The notes under the pieces are model-generated. The model worked only from the letters and a program-made list of their open reading frames with translations. It was not told where the DNA came from and made no database searches. The position numbers and the translations under genes were made by a program. Shown here in pieces: positions 17,336 through 24,691 of a stretch of DNA of 32,347 bases (position 1 is the stretch's first letter; every line of letters starts with the position of its first letter). The stretch is taken from the NCBI GenBank assembly GCA_043786955.1, contig JAYVVO010000256.1, forward strand, positions 1 to 32,347. The letters run 5' to 3'. This DNA comes from Saprospiraceae bacterium. Its GTDB lineage: Bacteria; Bacteroidota; Bacteroidia; Chitinophagales; Saprospiraceae.

Positions 17336-19927
17336 TTAATTTTTTGCGTCCCGCATTTCCGGCTGTTTAACCTTCTCTATTTTAAGGGAGAGCTGACTGA
17401 ATAAAAGTTCAAACCGAGTCGACATTTCCGTCATTTTATTATTCAATTTTTCAATCTCTTCTTTTTGTGCTTCCAACTTTTTTGCCATGTGGGCATTATC
17501 ATTTTCGAGCGTTTCCATTTTGGTATTCTGTTCTTTTACCGCATTTATCAAAATGTATACCAACGCCGAAGGATCGTATAAACGTTGGTCTGGAAAAGCG
17601 GATGTTTTTACTTTCTCGACCATATACGGCGCAATTTTTTCAATTTCTTGGGCGATAACCCCTATATATTGCTTGGATGTATCGTTGTAACCGCTCAGCC
17701 CATTATACTGAAATTGGACAGGATGAATCTGCTTTAAAAGCGATAAACCATCACTGTATGGCGCAATATTTTTTTTGATTCTATAATCCGAAAAGGTGGA
17801 CCAAGCACCACCCCCGCTTTTTGAAGCCCCACCATTAACCGACAGCAATTGATCCGGCACGGTCGTTCCGATGCCCAATTTTCCATTAGATGTCAAGCGC
17901 ATATATTCAGTATTGGTGGTTCTAAAAACCAAATCGACAGCATCGGTTGTGCCTAAGAAGTTGGTCGTGGCTGAAGTGCCGCTGTTGCCTGTTTTTGTCC
18001 AAGCGAGCGCATTAGTAGAAGACCACGATAAATTGCCGGTGGCATCACTCGTTAAAATGGTATTTGTAGATGTTGGCGCCGTGAGTGGTAAGATGTAGTT
18101 GATATTGGCGCTTTGTACGCCGGCTTTGAAAGAGGTATAGAACGCCCCAGAGTAGGTAAGAGAGGAATTAGGGCTATAAAAACTCAAGGCTTTGGCGGCA
18201 TTATTTACATTACCCAGCCATACATCAACATCACCAAAATATGCGATATTGGTATTGGCAGACACGTTAGGTTTATTGGCATTGGATGTATAACCATTAA
18301 AGCCTACTGAGTTATCGCCCAGCGTTAAACCATAACCGCCCAGAATGCCCGCGTTTGATCCAGAAGCTGTATTCGATTGCCCGCCCAGGATACCAGCATA
18401 ATTGTTCGAAACGGTGTTAAGATAACCCGTCAGAATGCCATTACTCGAGCCTGTGGTGATTTTGTTGGACTGTCCGCCGCCGATAATACCACTAATGCCG
18501 CCACTGTTATTGTTAATGCCTGCCACCACTGCTGCATAGTTAGCGCTGGTAGTATCGGTAGCGCCCCCCCCTATGAACGAGTAAGAATTGATGGCATTGT
18601 TGAAATAGCCACCGCTCACGGTGGCGTAAGATGCCTGCACCTTGTTCGATATGCCACCCCCGATAACAGTGTTGTTGGAACCCGTAGAAATCGTATTGCT
18701 CGAACCACCGCCAATGAAGGAATAATCACCAGCAGTCGAATTATTATTACCACCCACCAATGTCGCAATACTGCCTGACGCCGTATTCGAACTTCCACCT
18801 CCTAAAAAAACACTCGCGTTACTGGCAGTGTTGGAGAGTCCACCTAAGACGCTCGAAAAGTCTCCCGATGCGGTATTTCCGCTGCCACCGACCAGTGTTG
18901 AATACGATCCGCCTGATACATTGGTAGTGCCAGCACCGACGAAAGACAGTAACCCGGAAGCCGTGTTGCTTTGTCCACCCACTAATGTCGCCAGATTACC
19001 CGAGGAAATATTGGTGCAACCGCCGCCTAAGAATACGTTTATATTATTGGCGAGGTTCGATTTGCCACCACCGACAACTGCTAAACTGCCAGAAGCAGTA
19101 TTATTTTGTCCACCACCAATAAAAGAATAGGTACCGCTTGCCACTTGAGCGGACGTCGTCCTAAAATTCTGCAAATCCACTGCATAGGCGCCGCGTGTAA
19201 CACCACCCGCATCGCGCAACAAACTATAATTGGTGTCCAATTTAAAAGCCTGAATGTTATTTACCCTAAATGCAAGCGGCACATTATCGGTTGTACCCAG
19301 AAAATTTGTTCCGTTGACTGTGCCTGAGTTGCCAAGAATATTCCAAGCATTAGATACAACTTGTGGTATGGATAACCTGCGAACTATTCCGGAACTTGAT
19401 GTTAAAATAGAGTCAGTGGTTGCACCTGCGCTTAGTCCCAACAATCTTAGCGGGTTGCCCAAACTAGCAGTTTGAGCGTCAATATCCAGTTTGTAAGAAG
19501 GAGCGGCTGTATTAATACCTACATTTCCACCTGATAAAATTCTTAGTTTTTCAGTATTGTTGGTTTTAATTACTAAATCTTGAGCATTAGTTGTTCCTAA
19601 AAAATTTGTCGATGGTGTCGTATTAGAATTACCCAATATTGTCCATGCGCCTAAATTAGCAGCACTACATTGGCTTTTCCAACTCGATGAATAAAAGCAC
19701 ACACAGTTAGAATCCAGATTAAACACCATTAAACCCAAAGTAGGCGAAGTTATGGCATTCATCTGAACTGTTGTCATGCGTGGAATAAGTAAGCCTTTAG
19801 TTATACTCGCTACATCTAAGGCGGCAGAAGCAGATTTAGCCCCTGGTAAATCACCAATTTTCAAATCGGTCTGCGCCCAACTCTTGGCTGATAAAAACAA
19901 AAAAAATATGTAGAGAAATTTTCTCAT
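17336..19927 (-). CDS. Tail-fibre-like surface protein. Order: signal peptide, conserved N-terminal domain, W.ILGN...NFLGTTD motifs, Hep_Hag-like Gly/Ser/Asn repeats, S74-type intramolecular chaperone (endosialidase chaperone) domain, C-terminal coiled coil.
   Basis: Signal MRKFLYIFFLFLSAKSWAQ. Repeats of GG.SNTASG..A.LVGG across roughly aa 265-540. SDYRIKKNIAPYSDGLSLLKQIHPVQFQYN...YIGVIAQEIEKIAPYMVEKV matches the Peptidase_S74 pattern. Heptad-rich tail KMETLENDNAHMAKKLEAQKEEIEKLNNKM. Confidence 0.9.
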   Translation of the reverse strand: MRKFLYIFFLFLSAKSWAQTDLKIGDLPGAKSASAALDVASITKGLLIPRMTTVQMNAITSPTLGLMVFNLDSNCVCFYSSSWKSQCSAANLGAWTILGNSNTTPSTNFLGTTNAQDLVIKTNNTEKLRILSGGNVGINTAAPSYKLDIDAQTASLGNPLRLLGLSAGATTDSILTSSSGIVRRLSIPQVVSNAWNILGNSGTVNGTNFLGTTDNVPLAFRVNNIQAFKLDTNYSLLRDAGGVTRGAYAVDLQNFRTTSAQVASGTYSFIGGGQNNTASGSLAVVGGGKSNLANNINVFLGGGCTNISSGNLATLVGGQSNTASGLLSFVGAGTTNVSGGSYSTLVGGSGNTASGDFSSVLGGLSNTASNASVFLGGGSSNTASGSIATLVGGNNNSTAGDYSFIGGGSSNTISTGSNNTVIGGGISNKVQASYATVSGGYFNNAINSYSFIGGGATDTTSANYAAVVAGINNNSGGISGIIGGGQSNKITTGSSNGILTGYLNTVSNNYAGILGGQSNTASGSNAGILGGYGLTLGDNSVGFNGYTSNANKPNVSANTNIAYFGDVDVWLGNVNNAAKALSFYSPNSSLTYSGAFYTSFKAGVQSANINYILPLTAPTSTNTILTSDATGNLSWSSTNALAWTKTGNSGTSATTNFLGTTDAVDLVFRTTNTEYMRLTSNGKLGIGTTVPDQLLSVNGGASKSGGGAWSTFSDYRIKKNIAPYSDGLSLLKQIHPVQFQYNGLSGYNDTSKQYIGVIAQEIEKIAPYMVEKVKTSAFPDQRLYDPSALVYILINAVKEQNTKMETLENDNAHMAKKLEAQKEEIEKLNNKMTEMSTRFELLFSQLSLKIEKVKQPEMRDAKN
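17530..17791 (-). other. Peptidase S74 / intramolecular chaperone auto-processing domain (approximate bounds)
   Basis: Begins at Ser713 of SDYRIKKNI (codon at 17789..17791) and runs through GVIAQEIEKIAPYMV and LVYILINAVKEQ. Confidence 0.75.
18564..18571 (-). repeat. G8 homopolymer (sense strand) inside the fibre CDS, encoding the GGG of FIGGGAT
   Basis: Plus strand reads gcgCCCCCCCCtatg. Codons are ATA GGG GGG GGC on the minus strand. Confidence 0.9.
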
Positions 19928-19952
19928 GTTCAGTTATCATTTTATCAATGGT

Positions 19953-20059
19953 TAATGGTTAATGTTTAATGGTTAATTCCATGCATAATTAACCATTAAC
20001 CATTAAACATTATTTATTGCCTTGAGTGAGTTTGTCGGTCTTAATTAGACCTTGAGTGA
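19953..20059. promoter_or_regulatory. Leader/spacer element: 26-nt-arm GGTTAAT-array hairpin plus two CCTTGAGTGA boxes, directly upstream of the S74 fibre gene
   Basis: Arms 19953..19978 and 19987..20012 pair at 24 of 26 positions around loop CCATGCAT. CCTTGAGTGA at 20020..20029 and 20050..20059 flanks a GGTCT/AGACC mini-hairpin. Confidence 0.6.
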
Positions 20060-20114
20060 AGTAAAGATTCTTAAAAAATAAAAAGATGGGGGGAAATAAA
20101 GTTAAGTAAGATGT

Positions 20115-20190
20115 GTTATGAGTGATGAAAAGCAACTCATAACCAACAACTCATAACTTATTTATGCAATAACTTATTTATGCAATAACT
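20115..20190. repeat. Short repeats just downstream of the 768-aa gene stop: a GTTATGAGT/ACTCATAAC hairpin, duplicated AACTCATAAC (14-bp phase), and a 16-bp tandem AACTTATTTATGCAAT x2
   Basis: Stem 20115..20123 / 20135..20143. AACTCATAAC at 20134..20143 and 20148..20157. Tandem copies at 20155..20170 and 20171..20186. Confidence 0.8.
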
Positions 20191-20200
20191 AAACCAAAAA

Positions 20201-22507
20201 TTATTCACTGTAAATCCACCAATTCGTGCCATCGCAAACTACGCGGTATTTTCTAGCAAAATTTATACTCGAAATGGTCGTTGTTTCAGTTAAGCTCAAT
20301 GCAGGAGAGAAAGTTACAGAATTAGTAGTCTCATCAGATTTCCCAATCGAATAAGTTCTTCCTTTAAGGGTTGCACTTGCGGTAGGGAGAGTTAACGTAA
20401 GCGCGCCTGAAGTAGCATTTGCTAAAACAATTAAATCCAAAGCAGTAATTGTGTAGTTGGAAGTTACTTTTTGATATGATACACCCATTGAACCTGTCAA
20501 CTGCAAAGTTGAATTAGGTGATGTTGTTTGACCAATCGCTACATTACCACCAGAATAGTTAATATCAAATCCCGCCTGAGTGATGGCAGTCGCTTGAACT
20601 AATGCACCGCCCAACTGAACATTTGAACCTGTTTTAGTCAAACCGTTATTGGCAGTAAAACTGTTTGAGACAACGTTTGCAACACTTAATCGATTTATTT
20701 TACCCGTTGTAGGATTTACTGAAACCAATGAATCAGTTAAAGCACCACTTGCCAACGAAGTCACGTTTAATGTTGTACCATTGATATTTGTTGTTGAAGC
20801 AGCATTACCAATATTTGTTGCAGTTGCAGAAGTTCCTGTATTAACGTTTGTAGCACCCAAAACAGTTGTTGTTGATGCTGCGTTACCAATATTAGTTGCT
20901 GTTGCAGAAGCACCCGTGTTGATTGATGTTACACCTGTCACACCCGTTGTTCCATTAATTGTTACGGCACTACTTGCATTACCTATTGTTGTCGCCGCCG
21001 TACCTGTGGAATTAACATTAGTTGCACCAAGAACAGTTGTTGTACTTGTAGCATTACCAACATTAGTTGCACCTGTACCTGTTGCATTGATGTTAGTTGT
21101 TCCGTTTGCAAGCGTTAAAGCAAAAGTAGCTTGGTCAATACTCGTATTTGCAACCAACGGTCCACCCAAAGCAACATTACTACCCGTTTTAGTCAAACCG
21201 TTATTAGCAGTAAAACTATTTGAAACAATGCTCGCAATGTTTAAAGTATCGGCTTTGCCTGTTGATCTATTCACTGAAACAAGTGCATCAGTAGTTAAAC
21301 CACCTGCTGGTAATGATGGAACGATTAAACTCGTACCATTAATTGTTGTTGTTGAAGCAGTATTACCAATATTAGTTGCTGTTGCAGAAGTTCCTGTATT
21401 AACGTTTGTAGCACCCAAAACAGTTGTTGTTGACGCTGCATTACCAATATTTGTTGCTGTTGCAGAAGCACCCGTGTTGATTGATGTTACACCTGTTACA
21501 CCCGTTGTTCCATTAATTGTTACGGCACTACTCGCGTTGCCAATGGTTGTCGCCGCCGTGCCTGTGGAATTAACATTAGTTGCACCAAGAACAGTTGTTG
21601 TACTTGTAGCATTACCAACATTAGTAGCACCTGTACCTGTTGCATTGATGTTAGTTGTTCCGTTTGCAAGCGTTAAACTAAAAGTAGCTTGGTCAATACT
21701 CGTATTTGCAACCAACGGTCCACCCAAAGCAACATTTGAACCCGTTTTAGTCAAACCGTTATTGGCTGTAAAACTATTTGAAACAATGCTCGCAATGTTT
21801 AAAGTATCGGCTTTGCCTGTTGCTCTATTCACACCAATAATCGCATCAGTAGTTAAAGAACCTGTTGTCAAAGCTGGAAAATATAAATTGTTACCATTAA
21901 TATTGGTCGTTGAAATGGCTGTACCAATATTTGTGGTATTTGCACCAACAGTATTAATGTTTACGAAACCAGCACCAGCAACTGGACCTGTAATAGTTGC
22001 ACCAGCATTAGCTGTAACAAAACCCGTTAAATTAACGGCGCCTAACCCCGTTTGATTAATATTACCTGCGGCATCTATTCTCAATCTTTCCGTCGCGTTC
22101 GTTTTTAAAACCAAAGGCTGACCATCAGTAGTTCCTAAAAAGTTTGTAGTTGGATTTATGCCTGTGTTACCAAATAAACTCCAAGCATTAAATCCGCCAC
22201 ACGTACTATACCAACCTGAAATACCGCGATACACGTAAATACATGAGTCGGTAGTATTGTAAATTTGTAAACCCACTGCTGGATTTGAAATAGATGCCAT
22301 TTGAGCTGGAGACATTCGCGGCATTAAAAAACCTTTCGTCGTGCTTTCTAATTCGAGTACAGCAGACGCTTGTTTGTTACCTGGATTTGTACCAATTTTT
22401 ACATCTGTTTGAGCGAACGAAATATTTAAACCCAAAAAGATAATTAAGGCAGTACCAAAAATTCTGAAAGAAAACTTTTTAAAAGCTTGTAAAATAAATA
22501 AATTCAT
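20201..22507 (-). CDS. Fibre-like surface protein paralogous at its N-terminus to 17336..19927. Thr/Asn/Gly/Ala-rich repeat shaft with a large internal tandem duplication and a distinct ~100-aa C-terminal globular domain.
   Basis: Signal/anchor then QTDVKIGTNPGNKQASAVLELESTTKGFLMPRM, which aligns to QTDLKIGDLPGAKSASAALDVASITKGLLIPRM in the other fibre. WSLFGNTGINPTTNFLGTTD motif. 186-aa unit repeated. C-terminus ...LTLPTASATLKGRTYSIGKSDETTNSVTF...VVCDGTNWWIYSE. Confidence 0.9.
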   Translation of the reverse strand: MNLFILQAFKKFSFRIFGTALIIFLGLNISFAQTDVKIGTNPGNKQASAVLELESTTKGFLMPRMSPAQMASISNPAVGLQIYNTTDSCIYVYRGISGWYSTCGGFNAWSLFGNTGINPTTNFLGTTDGQPLVLKTNATERLRIDAAGNINQTGLGAVNLTGFVTANAGATITGPVAGAGFVNINTVGANTTNIGTAISTTNINGNNLYFPALTTGSLTTDAIIGVNRATGKADTLNIASIVSNSFTANNGLTKTGSNVALGGPLVANTSIDQATFSLTLANGTTNINATGTGATNVGNATSTTTVLGATNVNSTGTAATTIGNASSAVTINGTTGVTGVTSINTGASATATNIGNAASTTTVLGATNVNTGTSATATNIGNTASTTTINGTSLIVPSLPAGGLTTDALVSVNRSTGKADTLNIASIVSNSFTANNGLTKTGSNVALGGPLVANTSIDQATFALTLANGTTNINATGTGATNVGNATSTTTVLGATNVNSTGTAATTIGNASSAVTINGTTGVTGVTSINTGASATATNIGNAASTTTVLGATNVNTGTSATATNIGNAASTTNINGTTLNVTSLASGALTDSLVSVNPTTGKINRLSVANVVSNSFTANNGLTKTGSNVQLGGALVQATAITQAGFDINYSGGNVAIGQTTSPNSTLQLTGSMGVSYQKVTSNYTITALDLIVLANATSGALTLTLPTASATLKGRTYSIGKSDETTNSVTFSPALSLTETTTISSINFARKYRVVCDGTNWWIYSE
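20627..21850. repeat. About 2.3 tandem copies of a 555-558-bp (185-186 aa) unit inside the 768-aa fibre gene
   Basis: The same ACC CGT TTT (GLTKTG) landmark occurs at 21740, 21182 and 20627. Copies 1 and 2 encode an essentially identical ~150-aa core. Confidence 0.85.
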
Positions 22508-22524
22508 AAAAATAAAAATTTAAA

Positions 22525-22775
22525 TGGTTAAAGAAAAGATTTTTTAATAATGGTTAATTATTAATGGTTAATGGTTAATGCCGCTCAAGGCAACGGATTT
22601 AACCTTGAGTGAGCCGCTCGATATTAACCATTAATTATTAATGGTTAATATCACTCAAGGCAACGGATTTAACCTTGAGTGAGCCGCTCGATATTAACCA
22701 TTAACCATTAACCATTAATAATTAACCATTAATAATTAACCATTAATAATTAACCATTAACCATTAACCATTAAC
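22525..22775. promoter_or_regulatory. Repeat-built spacer upstream of the 768-aa fibre gene: four alternating GGTTAAT/ATTAACC arms around two identical 51-bp cores, plus an ATTAACC/ATTAATA tail array
   Basis: Identical 51-mers at 22584..22634 and 22654..22704 (70-bp period), each holding a CTCAAGG..CCTTGAG stem. Perfect 19-bp inverted repeat 22561..22579 / 22693..22711. 16+1+16 palindrome at 22620..22652. Confidence 0.7.
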
Positions 22776-22786
22776 AACTAAATCAG

Positions 22787-24676
22787 CTAGCGCACTAAAA
22801 CTAAATCGCGTGCATATTTTTTTCTTGTTCCATCAATAAATTGTGCTTCAACTATCACCGCAAATGTTCCAAGACTTAATTGTTTTCCTCTAAAAGTACC
22901 ATCCCATGTTACAGAACCGTCAGGTGCAAAATCACTTGCTTCAAAAATTAATGCACCCCAACGATCAAAAATTTGCATTTTCAATACGTGTACTTTACTC
23001 GGATTTCCGAGAACAGTGTATTCCTCTTTTTCTGGTTTAAATATATTCGGTACATAAAGCGCGTATCTATCGTCCTTATTGACTTTAATAGTTATCTCAT
23101 CCGAAGCGGAACAACCTAATGAATCGAGAACCAAAACTTTAAAAATTGTTTCGCGTTCAATTTTAGCCGTAGTCGTTGGGCAATTTATACAACTCACAAT
23201 ATCAGGTGGTAGCCATTGCCAATATTTAGGATTGTATAAAATGTCGGTACTTTTTGTGCTGAGTTTGACAGTCGAACCTTCAAAAACTATCAGAGAATCA
23301 GATATTATTTTGATGGGTTTTAGTGCAGGCTCTTTAATAATTATAACTGTGTCTAAAGGACAAAATTTCGGACTTTCAATGTGAACACTATAACTCGTTG
23401 CCGAAAGATTTTTAAGTTTATCTGGCGTGACAGTTACATTATTTACCGTAATCGTCATACCTGTTACATCTGATAAAAAATTGATAGCGCCGTCGCTTCT
23501 GCCGTAGCACGTTGTGTTTCGCGTGGTAATTTTAACAGATGGCAGCGTTTTGACTAAAATAGTATCACTGTGCGCCACATCGCAAGAATCCCAAGCAAAG
23601 ACATAATATTTTCCAGCGGTGTTGACATTAATAATTTTTGTTTCTTCGCCCGTTGACCATTTATACCGTTTAAATCCAGTTCCAGCATCAAGCGGGATAG
23701 ATTTACCATTGCACACAATATTATTGCCCTTAATTTTTACAGCGTTAACCGATGTGAAGCAACGTACATCTTTTTGCGCCAAAGCAAAAGTAAAAACAAA
23801 AAAACTATCAGGCACCACTGCACGAGAAGTTATTCTGCCATTTTTTAAATCACCTTGTTCGTTTATAACACCTAAATTAATCCACCGCGCGCCATTCCAA
23901 GACACAATAGTCAATCTGTTTAAATCAGAATTGGTAAGCGTTGCGATTTGGCTCTTCTGATTCCAAGTCAATGTAACTGTTACCGGTGCATCGCCTTTTA
24001 TGTGCCAATATTCAATCGTACTTACTTGCTGAATAATATCTTCTTTTTGGGTTGTATTAAAAGGTGCGCCTGTTGGTAGCGTTGCAGTGTTAGGGCTTCC
24101 ACGAAAATAACAAGCAATACTACTGATTAATCGCGTATCTAAATTTGTAATAATTGCGGGACGAAACTCTGCCTCATCACCGATCGGAAAAGCGAAAGTA
24201 TCTCTAACCGTTTTGGCAACGTAACCATCTATGTGTCTATCGTCAGCGACATTTTTGTAAGTTGCATTATTCAAAAAATCAACTAAAAAGTTTGGGTTAA
24301 TTCTCGAGGTGTGTATGATGCCCTTGTTAAAATTAAGGAGTCGCGTTATTCCAATATACAAATTAGTGTAGAGACCCTTAGAGTTGTTTAGCTCCAAAAA
24401 TTCAAAATCAACGGGCATTGGTCCGTCAAAATTTTGCTTTTTGTTATAGATGCCATTAAAATAAACTGAACCTCTGTTGTTTCTGAATACACCGTTTTCA
24501 GTCCATGAGCCATAAATGCCCACGCTTGCATCCGGGTGCATTTTAATATTCGTCGAATTGTAAGCGTCATTTTGAGCCAACAGTGGGAAGGAAGCGAATA
24601 ATAAAAAAATAATAAAAATGTTCAAGTAAATTTTAAAATGACACTCTAAACTTCTGTTCAGGTTGTTCGAGTACAT
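22787..24676 (-). CDS. T9SS type-B sorting-domain protein (gliding-motility-associated C-terminal domain, CHU_C type) with an N-terminal domain of unknown function and one SprB-like repeat
   Basis: Signal IFIIFLLFASFPLLAQ. C-terminus YVPNIFKPEKEE...MQIFDRWGALIFEASDF...WDGTFRGKQLSLGTFAVIV...DLVLVR fits the type-B CTD pattern. CYGRSDGAINF resembles a SprB repeat start. Confidence 0.85.
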   Translation of the reverse strand: MYSNNLNRSLECHFKIYLNIFIIFLLFASFPLLAQNDAYNSTNIKMHPDASVGIYGSWTENGVFRNNRGSVYFNGIYNKKQNFDGPMPVDFEFLELNNSKGLYTNLYIGITRLLNFNKGIIHTSRINPNFLVDFLNNATYKNVADDRHIDGYVAKTVRDTFAFPIGDEAEFRPAIITNLDTRLISSIACYFRGSPNTATLPTGAPFNTTQKEDIIQQVSTIEYWHIKGDAPVTVTLTWNQKSQIATLTNSDLNRLTIVSWNGARWINLGVINEQGDLKNGRITSRAVVPDSFFVFTFALAQKDVRCFTSVNAVKIKGNNIVCNGKSIPLDAGTGFKRYKWSTGEETKIINVNTAGKYYVFAWDSCDVAHSDTILVKTLPSVKITTRNTTCYGRSDGAINFLSDVTGMTITVNNVTVTPDKLKNLSATSYSVHIESPKFCPLDTVIIIKEPALKPIKIISDSLIVFEGSTVKLSTKSTDILYNPKYWQWLPPDIVSCINCPTTTAKIERETIFKVLVLDSLGCSASDEITIKVNKDDRYALYVPNIFKPEKEEYTVLGNPSKVHVLKMQIFDRWGALIFEASDFAPDGSVTWDGTFRGKQLSLGTFAVIVEAQFIDGTRKKYARDLVLVR

Positions 24677-24691
24677 TTAAAAATTATTAAC

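Noticed and set aside
20649-22055. 468-aa ORF on the plus strand
   Set aside because: It lies antisense to the repeat shaft of the 768-aa fibre gene. Its V/A/P/L-rich, equally repetitive translation is the mirror image of the Thr/Asn/Gly codon repeats, it has no start context, and it is fully nested. I treat it as a shadow ORF.
10484-22507. Visibly higher G+C of the adhesin and fibre genes relative to the flanks, considered as evidence of horizontal transfer
   Set aside because: The shift is explained by amino-acid composition, which is dominated by Thr, Gly, Ser and Ala codons. The intergenic spacers inside the island are as AT-rich as the rest of the window. Composition alone does not support foreign origin.
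22584-22704. Regularly spaced identical repeats considered as a mini-CRISPR array
   Set aside because: There are only two copies, and the 19-nt sequence between them is itself made of the flanking GGTTAAT/ATTAACC arms. The repeats are 51 nt, longer than typical CRISPR repeats. There are no cas genes in the window.
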